Shown here: positions 19,145 to 27,561 of the stretch, one piece after another | Layout: each line of letters opens with the position of its first letter | Numbering within the stretch: position 1 is the first letter of the stretch | Origin: Planctomycetota bacterium | GTDB taxonomy: Bacteria > Planctomycetota > B15-G4 > JADJEK01 | Assembly: GCA_016213895.1 (NCBI GenBank) | Contig: JACQZJ010000009.1 | Span: forward strand, 10,246 to 74,245 | Direction of reading: 5' to 3' | DNA: 64,000 nucleotides | Translations under genes and position numbers: made by a program | Notes under the pieces: model-generated | Seen by the model: the letters and a program-made list of their open reading frames with translations, nothing else | The model's database searches: none | Told to the model about the DNA's origin: nothing

Positions 19145-19920
19145 CGCTTCGCTCCCGTGACCTGGACCGCGGGATCGATGGTGAGCGCCGACACCGTCAG
19201 CTTCAGCACGGTCAAGCCGGAGGACTTGCCCTGGTCGGGCTCGATCATGAAGTCCTCGACGCACAGGAACTGCTCGCCGCCCCGCACCAGGCTGTCGATC
19301 AACTCGGCGATGGCAGCCGTCGTGCCCGCGATCTCGAAGCGCACTTCCAACGGCTCGACGAAAACCTCGCTCTTCTGGCGCGCGCGCCCCTTCTTCTCCA
19401 CGATCTCGATTCCGTCCACGGCGCGCACCTCGGCCACGATCGCCGCGCTCACGACCTGTTCGACGACGCACAGGCCGCGCAGGTAGCGCTGGATCGCCTC
19501 CTTGCCGTCGGGCGTGTAGTCCGGCAGCCCGAGCGTGTCCTTGACGCGGATGTTGCGGCGCGCGGCAAACTCGACCAGGTCCTCGCGGGCCTGCCCGCGT
19601 ATCGCGTTGTAGAGCAGATCGGGATTCGGCTCGTTCTTCGGCAGCAGGTAGCGTTCCTCGGTGACGAAGGCCAGGCGCGCGTACAGCTCCTCGAGCCGCG
19701 CGGCGAGCGCCGAGCTCTCCCCCGTCACCGCCGCCACCTCCGCGGCGCGCGGCGCCTCCTCCCGGCGCAGGCCCGAGGCATGCCGCTCCACGCCCCGCGC
19801 CGCGGCCGGCGCGTCCCAGATCGAGCCCACGACGCCCTTGCCGATGAGGACCAGCACGACCGCGCAGCCGACCCCGAGGATGAACCTCCGGTTGCCCTGC
19901 CAAACGTCGTTCAGGTCCAT
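19141..19920 (-). CDS. GspM / PilO-like inner-membrane assembly protein
   Basis: ATG 19920 shares a base with the upstream TGA. Short cytoplasmic N-terminus, TM helix FILGVGCAVVLVLIG and a coiled coil. The C-terminal EVRFEIAGTTAAIAELIDSL..LTVLKLTVSALTI is the typical PilO/GspM ferredoxin-like end. Confidence 0.55.
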   Translation of the reverse strand: MDLNDVWQGNRRFILGVGCAVVLVLIGKGVVGSIWDAPAAARGVERHASGLRREEAPRAAEVAAVTGESSALAARLEELYARLAFVTEERYLLPKNEPNPDLLYNAIRGQAREDLVEFAARRNIRVKDTLGLPDYTPDGKEAIQRYLRGLCVVEQVVSAAIVAEVRAVDGIEIVEKKGRARQKSEVFVEPLEVRFEIAGTTAAIAELIDSLVRGGEQFLCVEDFMIEPDQGKSSGLTVLKLTVSALTIDPAVQVTGAKR

Positions 19921-21608
19921 CACTTCCGCTCCTCGCCGCCCGCCTCGTCCTCGCCGGCCTCCTCGCCGCCGGCAGGCGCCTCCGAGAAGTTCATGGTGAT
20001 CGTCCACTGGAACGGCTTGTTCGCGCCGCCCGGGAAGATCGCCGTCTTCGGCGTGCGCGGCAGGAGCGCGTCGCGGTCGAGGTCCTGCGCGAAGCGGTTG
20101 AAGAGCTGCTCCAGCGCCTCCGCCCCCTCCCTCCCCTCGCCGCGCACCTCGACCACCGGCTTGGCCTCGCCCACGATGCCGAGGTCCAGGTCGGTGGTGC
20201 GCTTGTGCGCGATCGAGGTCACGTAGAAGTCCTCCGGCAAGTAGCGCTGCAGGAGGGCGAGAGTGCGCTCGAGGCCGGTGCCGCCGACGACTCGCTCCTC
20301 CAGGAGCTCCACGCGGCGCGCGTACTCGGCGCGCTCCGCGACCGCCTTCTCGTAGTCGCGGCGCCGCCCCTGGCGCGTCTCCAGCTCGCGCCGGAACCTG
20401 GTCTCGTCGCGCGCCGCAGCGGCCTCGTCCGTGGCGCTCCTGTAGGCGTCATGCGCCACGAAGAGCACGGCGAGCACCCCGGCGGCGATGGCGAAGGCCG
20501 TCTTCTCCTTGAAGGTGCGCGCCTTCTTCAAGGCCGGCGGCAGGATCTCGATGGAGTAGAGGTCCGGGTACAGGGCCGAGACGGCCAGGCCGAGCGCCAC
20601 CACGGCGGTCGTCCGGCTCTTCTCGTCGAGCTGCGGGTCCACGCCCGAGGTGTCCACCTGCCCAAACGGGTCGAAGCGCTCCACCGGCACGCCCAGGTTG
20701 GACGAGAGGTAGCGGTCCAGCCCCTTGAGCAGCGCGCCGCCGCCGCACAGCAGCACGCGGTCGAGCGCCAGCTCGCGCACGCCGGTCTGCGAACGGGCGA
20801 AGGTCACCGAGGACTGCACCATGGAGAAGATCTGCCCGGTGGCTCCGGACAGGGCGCGCGCGACCTTCTCCTCCTGCGGCGAGCGCCGCGTCGCCTGGTC
20901 GAACGGCGACACGTCGGCCAGCTCCTCCTTGAGGCGCCGCGCCTTGTGGGCGCTGACGTTGAAGGAGGCGATCAGGGCTTCGTCGAAGAGGTCGCCGCCT
21001 CCCGAGAGGTTGCGCGCGAAGACCAGGTCGCCGTTCTGCACCACGGCCATGTCCGTGTTGCGCGCGCCGATGTTCATCAAGAGCGCCGTCCCCTCGGCGT
21101 TTCCGGCCTTGCGGTAGGCGTTGTACAGGGCGATCGCGTTCGGCCGGAAGGAACGCGCCTTCAGGCCGGCGGCGCCGAGCACGGCCGCGTGCGCGTCGAG
21201 CACCCCGCGCTTCGCCAGGGCGAGCAGCACGGTGTCGTCCGAGGACACGTCCGAGGCTACCGGCACCAAGTTGAAGTCGGCGGCCAGCTCCTCGCCGGAC
21301 TGGCCGGTCATCTCCTTGATCTCGAACTCCATGAGCTGCCGCAGCTGCCAGTCCGGAACGGGCGGCACCTGGCTGTAGCGGATGACCACGTCGCGCCCGG
21401 TGAGGCCGCAGTCGACCGCGCCCTTCACGTTCGCCGCGGCCAGGGCCTCGCGCAGCAGCAGGCCGACGTGGTCCAGGTCCTCACGCCGCTCCCGCGGCAG
21501 CGGCACCACGACCAGCTGGCGCACCTGGAAGGCGCCCTTGCGGTCGACGCCGGCCACCAGCCGAACCGCATCCGTCCCGATGTCGATGCCGATCGCGCCG
21601 CGCGCCAT
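19920..21608 (-). CDS. GspL-like protein: PilM actin-like ATPase-fold domain fused to a TM + PilN-like domain
   Basis: The N-terminus GAIGIDIGTDAVRLV is PilM-like. TM helix AFAIAAGVLAVLFVA lies mid-protein, followed by a coiled coil plus a periplasmic domain. ATG 21608 shares a base with the upstream TGA; GTG 21611 is an alternative start. Confidence 0.7.
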   Translation of the reverse strand: MARGAIGIDIGTDAVRLVAGVDRKGAFQVRQLVVVPLPRERREDLDHVGLLLREALAAANVKGAVDCGLTGRDVVIRYSQVPPVPDWQLRQLMEFEIKEMTGQSGEELAADFNLVPVASDVSSDDTVLLALAKRGVLDAHAAVLGAAGLKARSFRPNAIALYNAYRKAGNAEGTALLMNIGARNTDMAVVQNGDLVFARNLSGGGDLFDEALIASFNVSAHKARRLKEELADVSPFDQATRRSPQEEKVARALSGATGQIFSMVQSSVTFARSQTGVRELALDRVLLCGGGALLKGLDRYLSSNLGVPVERFDPFGQVDTSGVDPQLDEKSRTTAVVALGLAVSALYPDLYSIEILPPALKKARTFKEKTAFAIAAGVLAVLFVAHDAYRSATDEAAAARDETRFRRELETRQGRRRDYEKAVAERAEYARRVELLEERVVGGTGLERTLALLQRYLPEDFYVTSIAHKRTTDLDLGIVGEAKPVVEVRGEGREGAEALEQLFNRFAQDLDRDALLPRTPKTAIFPGGANKPFQWTITMNFSEAPAGGEEAGEDEAGGEERK

Positions 21609-23962
21609 CACCGCTCCTCGATCCTCTCCTGAGCCCGCCGCGCCGGCTCCGATCCGGGGTAGAACTCGCGCAGGAACGCGGCGATCTCGCGCGCCACGCG
21701 CTCGCGCGCCGGCTGCTCCGCGAGGGCCGTCTCCAACCGGCGCAGAAGCAGCTCCGCCTCGCGCTCGCGCGCGCTCTGGACCAGCGTCTGGCGCTCGCTG
21801 GCCAGCTCGACCTCCGTGCCCTGGAACTCGCCCGCGGACGCGGTTCCGGCCAGAGCCGCGGCCGCGGCCCGCGCGTCCTCCTCCGCCTCCAGGTACGCAG
21901 CCGGGCTCCGGAGGAATCGCGCGCGCTCCACGGCCGCGTCCAGACGCGCCGCGTAGCGCTCGCGCTCGCGGATGATCTCTTTCCGCCTGTTGTCCGCCTC
22001 GGCCAGGATCCCCTCGTCGAACGGGAACTCGTTGGTGACGCGGTCGAGGATGGTCAGCGCCTCACCCAGCCGCCCGGCCTGCTGCGCCGCGCGCGCCTTG
22101 CCCGCCAGCTCGGTCGCCTGGGTCTTTTCCTCGACGAAATCGACCTGCATGCGGACCACGACCCTTTCCGCCGCCGGCCGCAGCACCAGCTGGTAGACCT
22201 CCGCGCCCCGCGCCGCCTCGACCTGCACCTCGGGTTCGAAGGCGAGCCGCATGCGCGTCGTCCCCTTGCCCAGCACCAGGCCGGTCACCGCGTCCGCCTC
22301 GAACGAGTCGCGGTACGGCTCGAGCCGGCCGCCGGCCACGACGCCCACCGGCTCCTCGGTCAGCGCCGGCAGGAGCGTGATCGGCAAGCGCGCCGTCGCG
22401 CCCGGAGCCTGCCACTCGACGCGCCAGCTGGCCGACCGCGCATCCGTGGCGAAGGCCGAGGCGTAAGCGGCCGCCGCGCCGCCGGGGAGAAGCAGCGCGC
22501 CGTTGTGCAGGAACCTGTCGGCGGCGCGCGCGCTCCCCCCCTCGGCCACCTCCAAGAGCAGCGCGCCCATGCGCAGCAGGTCGGCGCCGCGCCGCACCAG
22601 CAGGTGCTCGCCGGCGCGCTCGAACTCGAACTGGTTGATCGACGCGACCGTCGCGCGCCCGGGACCGCCCTCCTCGACCACGAGGTCGTCGAACACGACC
22701 TCGCCGGAGCTGCCGGAAGCGACCAGGACCAGCGCGAGCTGCGTCGCGCCCGCGGGCGGCGCCAGCTCGGCGGAGATCTGCCGCCAGTCCGCGACGGCCG
22801 ACGAGCCGACCTGCACCAGCACGCGGTAGCTCTCGTCCGCGGCGCTCGAGAACTGCGCCGCGAGCACGGCCACCGCCTCGTCGCTCGTCCTGGCGTAGCC
22901 GCTGATCCTGAGCGTGCGCCCGCTCACGCGCATGCCGTCCCGCAGGAGCGCCACCGCCTCGCTCCCCGAGGGACGGGCGAGCAGCGCCTGCTGCCCGGAA
23001 CGCACCGCGGTCGTAGTCAACTGGAACGCCGCGCCCGAGGCGTCGCCGCCGCCCAGATCCCACGCCGTGCCCGGCGCCGGCGCGCTCTCGGAGATCTCGA
23101 ACGACCAGCGCTCGCCGAGCAGGTTGCCCGCGGCCGCCGGCGCCGCCGGCGCTTCGGACGAGGCGCGCCGCACGTGCCAGTAGAACCAGCCGGCGCCGCC
23201 CAGGGCGGCGAGCAGCAGCAGCAGCCCCACGAGGGCCAGCGGCCCGCGCCGCTCCGCGCCCGCCACGTTCTGCACGACGCGCACCGTCGGCACGTTGATC
23301 AGCGTGTGCGCGCCCTCGTCCGGCTCGGCCGCCGGCAGCGGGGGATCGCCTTGCGCCGCGTCGGCCAGCACGAACTCGCTCTCCCCCATGACCACGCGGT
23401 CGCCGTGGTCGAGCACGATCTCGTCGATGCGCTTCCCCTCGAGGAACGTCCCGTTGGTCGAACCCAGGTCCTTGAGCACCGGCCGGCCCTGCTCCAGGAC
23501 GAGCTCCGCGTGCACCCCCGACACCTTGGCGTCCTTGAGCACCACCGTGTTGCTCGACCTGCGGCCGAAGGTCAGCCGCTCGCCCGCGAAGCGCACGCGC
23601 TCGCCGGCGCGCTCGCCGCGGCAGAAGATCAGCACGTACTGCGCCTGCCCGGCGCGCGCCGCCTCTCCGCCCGCGGCCGCCTCGGCCGCGCTCGCGAAGA
23701 GCAGCTCGGTCCGACCCACGCGGATGCGGTCGCCGTCCGCGAGCTTCACGCGGTCGATGCGCTCCTCGCCGCGGAACGTGCCGTTCGCCGACTTCAGGTC
23801 CTCGAGGATGTAGTCCTCGCCCTCGCGCGTGATGCGGCAGTGGCGGCGCGAGACTCCCGCGTCGTCGAGGATGATCTCGTTCCCCTCGTCGCGCCCGATG
23901 CGGCACAGATCCTGGAACGGGGTCTCGCGCGGCTCTCCGCCGAGGTTGATAAGCTTCGCCAT
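21608..23962 (-). CDS. Transmembrane protein with two N-terminal FHA domains
   Basis: FHA 1: CRIGRDEGNEIILDDAGVSRRHCRI..LEDLKSANGTF. FHA 2: LTFGRRSSNTVVLKDAKVSGVHAEL..LKDLGSTNGTF. TM helix LALVGLLLLLAALGGAGWFYW. About 500 aa follow outside the membrane. Confidence 0.8.
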   Translation of the reverse strand: MAKLINLGGEPRETPFQDLCRIGRDEGNEIILDDAGVSRRHCRITREGEDYILEDLKSANGTFRGEERIDRVKLADGDRIRVGRTELLFASAAEAAAGGEAARAGQAQYVLIFCRGERAGERVRFAGERLTFGRRSSNTVVLKDAKVSGVHAELVLEQGRPVLKDLGSTNGTFLEGKRIDEIVLDHGDRVVMGESEFVLADAAQGDPPLPAAEPDEGAHTLINVPTVRVVQNVAGAERRGPLALVGLLLLLAALGGAGWFYWHVRRASSEAPAAPAAAGNLLGERWSFEISESAPAPGTAWDLGGGDASGAAFQLTTTAVRSGQQALLARPSGSEAVALLRDGMRVSGRTLRISGYARTSDEAVAVLAAQFSSAADESYRVLVQVGSSAVADWRQISAELAPPAGATQLALVLVASGSSGEVVFDDLVVEEGGPGRATVASINQFEFERAGEHLLVRRGADLLRMGALLLEVAEGGSARAADRFLHNGALLLPGGAAAAYASAFATDARSASWRVEWQAPGATARLPITLLPALTEEPVGVVAGGRLEPYRDSFEADAVTGLVLGKGTTRMRLAFEPEVQVEAARGAEVYQLVLRPAAERVVVRMQVDFVEEKTQATELAGKARAAQQAGRLGEALTILDRVTNEFPFDEGILAEADNRRKEIIRERERYAARLDAAVERARFLRSPAAYLEAEEDARAAAAALAGTASAGEFQGTEVELASERQTLVQSAREREAELLLRRLETALAEQPARERVAREIAAFLREFYPGSEPARRAQERIEER

Positions 23963-24168
23963 ACTTCCGGCTCAGGAAGGAGGAGGACGAGGGGATCTTC
24001 TACCACCCGGCAACACCTGACACAACGCTGCGCGCCGGCGGCGCAGAACCTCCTCGCCGCGCAGAGGATCTCGGTCCGCTTCCTCGACGCCGCGGCCAGG
24101 GCGGCCGCTCGCTCTAGCCCGGCGCGCCCCCCGGGTAACGCGCGCCGGCCCGCTCGCGCGGAGCGAGC

Positions 24169-25041
24169 TCATTCGCCGTCAGGCGCCGCGCCCGCTCCCT
24201 CCGGCGCCGGCGGCTGCAGCGCGCCGGCAGCCTCGAACTCGTTCGTCAGGGTGCGCTCGATCCGCTCGCAGCTCGCCTGATCGAGGGCTCCGCCCGCGAC
24301 GAAGCCCCGCATGGTCGCGAGGTAGGTTTCGAGCAAGTCGGTGCGGTAGGCGCCGATCGCCGCCGGCAGCGGGACCTTCGCCCCCCCCGGCAGCCTCCCC
24401 CCGCCAGAGAAGCCGAGGGTGATGATGCCGAGCAGCACCGCGACTCCCACGATGATCATGGCGTTGATGCCGCGCACCCGGTCGCCCGCCCGGCGGTTGC
24501 GGGCGATGACGTAGGCGATCGCCAGGAAGACCACCACGACGCCGCTGAACACCAGGAGCGCGTCGAGCCAGGCGCGCCCGAACACGCGCGAGACATCCTG
24601 CTGCAGTCCCAGGGAGCTGACATGCACGCTCTTGTCCACGCCGCGCCAGAAGCGCCGCCGCTTCTTCTGATCGATGTTGGTGGGTGACGCCTTGAAGGCC
24701 CCCGGCGGCGCGCCCTCGCGATTCTCGTACACGTAGGGGATGCCGTGGATGGTGCGGATGCCGCTGCTCTTCTCGAGGAACGGCGCGGCGGGCGCGAACT
24801 CCTCGGCGAGCAGCGCGCGCCGCAGCCCGGGAACCGCTTCCAGTCCCTCGGCGGTGGACGGATACTTCCCGTTCCGCTCGTGGTATGCCTGCAGGCTCTT
24901 CTCGATGACGTCCAGCTGCGCCTGCTGGAAGCGCACCAGCGCCCGGTGCTGGCGCCGCTCAGGGCCCCAGCGGTGGTCGTCGATCAGTCCGGTGGCGAAC
25001 AGGATCGAGATCAGGATGAGAAGGATGTCCAGGGGTCTCAT
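24169..25041 (-). CDS. Membrane protein with GspG-fold-like domain but no prepilin motif
   Basis: ATG 25041 is preceded by GGAG. N-terminal TM helix LDILLILISILFATGL. LQAYHERNGKYPSTAEGLEAV..IHGIPYVYEN resembles the GspG globular domain. Two further TM helices lie near the C-terminus. Confidence 0.5.
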   Translation of the reverse strand: MRPLDILLILISILFATGLIDDHRWGPERRQHRALVRFQQAQLDVIEKSLQAYHERNGKYPSTAEGLEAVPGLRRALLAEEFAPAAPFLEKSSGIRTIHGIPYVYENREGAPPGAFKASPTNIDQKKRRRFWRGVDKSVHVSSLGLQQDVSRVFGRAWLDALLVFSGVVVVFLAIAYVIARNRRAGDRVRGINAMIIVGVAVLLGIITLGFSGGGRLPGGAKVPLPAAIGAYRTDLLETYLATMRGFVAGGALDQASCERIERTLTNEFEAAGALQPPAPEGAGAAPDGE

Positions 25042-25062
25042 GGCGGCCCGCTCCAACGCATC

Positions 25063-25091
25063 AACATACTGCACCGTACGGTTCTCCTCAA
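25063..25091 (-). promoter_or_regulatory. Candidate sigma-70-type promoter for the 24169-25041 gene
   Basis: The minus strand reads TTGAGG-N17-TATGTT, about 20 nt upstream of ATG 25041, in the least GC-rich part of a 120-bp divergent intergenic region. Confidence 0.3.
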
Positions 25092-25161
25092 TCGCGGCGC
25101 CGCGGTACAGTGCCCCCCCGGACGGGCGCTCGCGCGGCGCCCGCCGCGCAAGAGGACGCAT

Positions 25162-26964
25162 TTGACGGCACCGAGGCTGAGGATCGAGCAAGGCGACGGC
25201 CAGGGCAGGGAGCTGGATCTCAACCGCCCGCTGGTCATCGGCAGGTCATCGAGCTGCGATCTCGTCCTGAACGACGAGTCCTGCTCGCGCACGCACGCGC
25301 GCATCACGCCGGACGGCGCCCGCGCGCGCGTCGAGGACCTAGGCTCCACGAACGGCACGCTCGTGAACGGCGAGCGCGTCACGGACGCCTTCATCGAGGA
25401 CGGGGACCGCGTCATGATCGGCGGCACGGTGCTGCGCTTCCTGCGCGGCCCGGCGGACGGCGGCGCCACGGTCATCCTCTCGGGCGCGGCCCGGGAGGAC
25501 GCCAACGTCCGGGCGGAGGTGTCCACGGAGCGCGCGCCCGCGGCCTTGAAGTCGCCGCAGTCCGTGCTCGACGCGGTCACCAACCTGATCGAGGCGACGC
25601 GCGGGCTCCTCGACCGCCAAGTCGCGGCGCGCGCCCTGCTGAACGCGCTCATCGGGCTGCTCGGCGCCGAGCGCTGCGCCGTGCTCCTGTTCCGCCCGGG
25701 CTCGCTCGACCCCCTGGACGCGCAGCTCGTGTCCATTCCGGAGATGCGCCTCGACCCGCGCCGGCCCTGGGTGCGCCAGGCGCTGACCACGCGCCAGGCG
25801 CTCATCCTCGAGGACGCGAAAACCTCGAAGCGGCCCCTGCACGGCATCGTGATCCCGGTGCACCACGGCGTCGCCCCGCAGCTGCTGGTGTACGCCGACC
25901 GCCGCAAGAACCCGTTCTCCGAGGAGGACATGGCCGCCGCGCTGCGCCTGGTGCGCATCGCCTCCGCGCTCGACCAGTCGGCCCTGGTGCACCAGCAGAT
26001 GCGGGACGAGCTGATCGAGCACCGCTCGCGCATTCACCGCAGCCGCCGCATCGTCGGCGAGAGCCGCGCGCACCAGGAGGTGATCAACGCCGTGCGGCGC
26101 GTCGCCCTGGGGAACCAGCCGGTCCTGTTCGTGGGCGAGACGGGCACGGGCAAGGAGCTGTGCGCGCGCCTGCTGCACGACCTCTCCCCGCGCTCCGCCG
26201 GGCGCTTCGTCGCGGTCAACTGCTCGGCGACCCCGGAGGAGCAGCTCGAGGCGGAGGTCTTCGGCACGGACCAGGCCGAGGGCGCGGCCGCGCTCGCCGA
26301 GCAGAGCGGCGCCCTGGAGCGGGCGCACGGCGGCAGCATCTTCCTCGACGAGGTCGACGCCATGGACCTTCCCAGCCAGGCGCGCCTCGCCAGCGCCCTG
26401 CGCGAGCGCCGCCTGGTGCGCGAGGCCGGCGGGCGCGAGGTGCCGATCGACGCGCGGCTGGTCGCGGCCTCGGACCGCGACCTCTCCTCCCTGGCGCAGT
26501 CGGGCGCCTTCCACGAGGACCTGCTCGCGTTCCTCGCCCTCGGCACGATCCCCGTCCCGCCCCTGCGCGATCGCCGCGAGGACATCCCGCTGCTCGCCGA
26601 CCACTTCCTCAAGACGCACGCGCGCAACATGAACCGCCAGGCGCGCCGCCTGTCCGCGGACGCCCTGAAGATCCTGGCGTCGTACCCCTGGCCGGGCAAC
26701 GTGCGCGAGCTGTCGAACGTGCTGGAGCGCGCGGTGATGCTCTCGCAGGGTGAGGAGATCGCGCCCGAGCTCCTGCCCTTCGCGCCGAGCGGCCCGCTCG
26801 ACCCCGCCACCCTGGCGCTCTGCCACGTGGAGAAGGCAGCCATCGAGCGCGCCCTCGAGTATTGCAGGTACCGCAAGGGGCTGGCGGCGAGGACGCTCGG
26901 CATCTCCTGGCCGACGCTGAACAAGAAGATCAGCGACTACGGCATCGTGCTCCCCGAGAGGTGA
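25162..26964 (+). CDS. NtrC-family (enhancer-binding-type) AAA+ transcription regulator, FHA-GAF-AAA+-HTH architecture
   Basis: There is no in-frame ATG. TTG 25162 gives MTAPRLRIEQGDGQGRELDL (AGAGGA upstream). FHA: VIGRSSSCDLVLNDESCSRTHARI..VEDLGSTNGT. Walker A GETGTGKE and Walker B GGSIFLDEVD. C-terminal Fis-type HTH LAARTLGISWPTLNKKI. The GAFTGA position reads GAAALA. Confidence 0.85.
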   Translation: MTAPRLRIEQGDGQGRELDLNRPLVIGRSSSCDLVLNDESCSRTHARITPDGARARVEDLGSTNGTLVNGERVTDAFIEDGDRVMIGGTVLRFLRGPADGGATVILSGAAREDANVRAEVSTERAPAALKSPQSVLDAVTNLIEATRGLLDRQVAARALLNALIGLLGAERCAVLLFRPGSLDPLDAQLVSIPEMRLDPRRPWVRQALTTRQALILEDAKTSKRPLHGIVIPVHHGVAPQLLVYADRRKNPFSEEDMAAALRLVRIASALDQSALVHQQMRDELIEHRSRIHRSRRIVGESRAHQEVINAVRRVALGNQPVLFVGETGTGKELCARLLHDLSPRSAGRFVAVNCSATPEEQLEAEVFGTDQAEGAAALAEQSGALERAHGGSIFLDEVDAMDLPSQARLASALRERRLVREAGGREVPIDARLVAASDRDLSSLAQSGAFHEDLLAFLALGTIPVPPLRDRREDIPLLADHFLKTHARNMNRQARRLSADALKILASYPWPGNVRELSNVLERAVMLSQGEEIAPELLPFAPSGPLDPATLALCHVEKAAIERALEYCRYRKGLAARTLGISWPTLNKKISDYGIVLPER

Positions 26965-26988
26965 GGGCGCGCCGCGCGCCCGGCCGCT

Positions 26989-27480
26989 TCACTCGACCGG
27001 TTCCTCGAAGACCGGCTTGCGGTTCTCGAACTCCTCGGAGGGCCGTCCCCTGACCAGGGCCGAGCGGATGCGCTGGAACACCATCGCGGCGCGCTCCTCG
27101 TCGTCCTCGGCGTCGCTCCAGCCCACGTCCGATTGATCGTCCGGCGCCAGGAGCCCGGTCCTCTCGCGCACCTGCGTGCGCACGCGCACCACCAGCTCGA
27201 TGCCCTCTGCCACGGGCAGCACGCGCGCGATCACTTTCTCGCGCCGCAGCAGGCGCGACCCAGGGGCGACCGAGTCGAAGTCCCAGGCGCTCTCGATCAC
27301 GCCCGCCTCCGCGTCCGCCTTGGCGATCTCGTAGTCGCGGTCGATCTGCGTCACGGCGATGTCGAACACGTCGCTGAAGAGGACGTTCTGGTAGACGTCG
27401 CCGTAACCGCGCTGGCCGAGCAGCGACTCGCAGGCGGCGCAGGCGAGGAGCGGCAGGAGGAGCAGGATCGTTCGCATCAT
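26989..27480 (-). CDS. Hypothetical lipoprotein
   Basis: MMRTILLLLPLLACAAC|ES is a lipobox. 163 aa. No recognisable family. Confidence 0.6.
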   Translation of the reverse strand: MMRTILLLLPLLACAACESLLGQRGYGDVYQNVLFSDVFDIAVTQIDRDYEIAKADAEAGVIESAWDFDSVAPGSRLLRREKVIARVLPVAEGIELVVRVRTQVRERTGLLAPDDQSDVGWSDAEDDEERAAMVFQRIRSALVRGRPSEEFENRKPVFEEPVE

Positions 27481-27561
27481 CGTCGACCTCGGTGTTCTCG
27501 GCGCGCGCCCAGCCTACCACGTGCGGCGCGCGGCGGGAGACGCGCTGGTATCATCCGCGCG

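Noticed and set aside
5415-23962. Interpreting the big operon as a type IVa pilus (pilMNOPQ plus pilins).
   Set aside because: The G-like protein carries GspG-type core motifs and the K-like protein has GspK-type segments. There is no PilP/PilQ, PilB/T ATPase or PilA-like major pilin in the block. A T2SS-derived origin fits better, though a hybrid remains possible.
23963-24168. Sigma-54 (-24/-12) promoter upstream of the FHA-headed operon, expected because of the adjacent NtrC-type regulator.
   Set aside because: I read the minus strand by eye. The nearest candidate (TGTGTCAGGTGTTGC) lacks the obligatory GG at -24. No TGGCAC-N5-TTGC was seen here or upstream of gspD. The regulator's GAFTGA loop is also degenerate. 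Only a 6-bp hairpin (24028-24046) is present.
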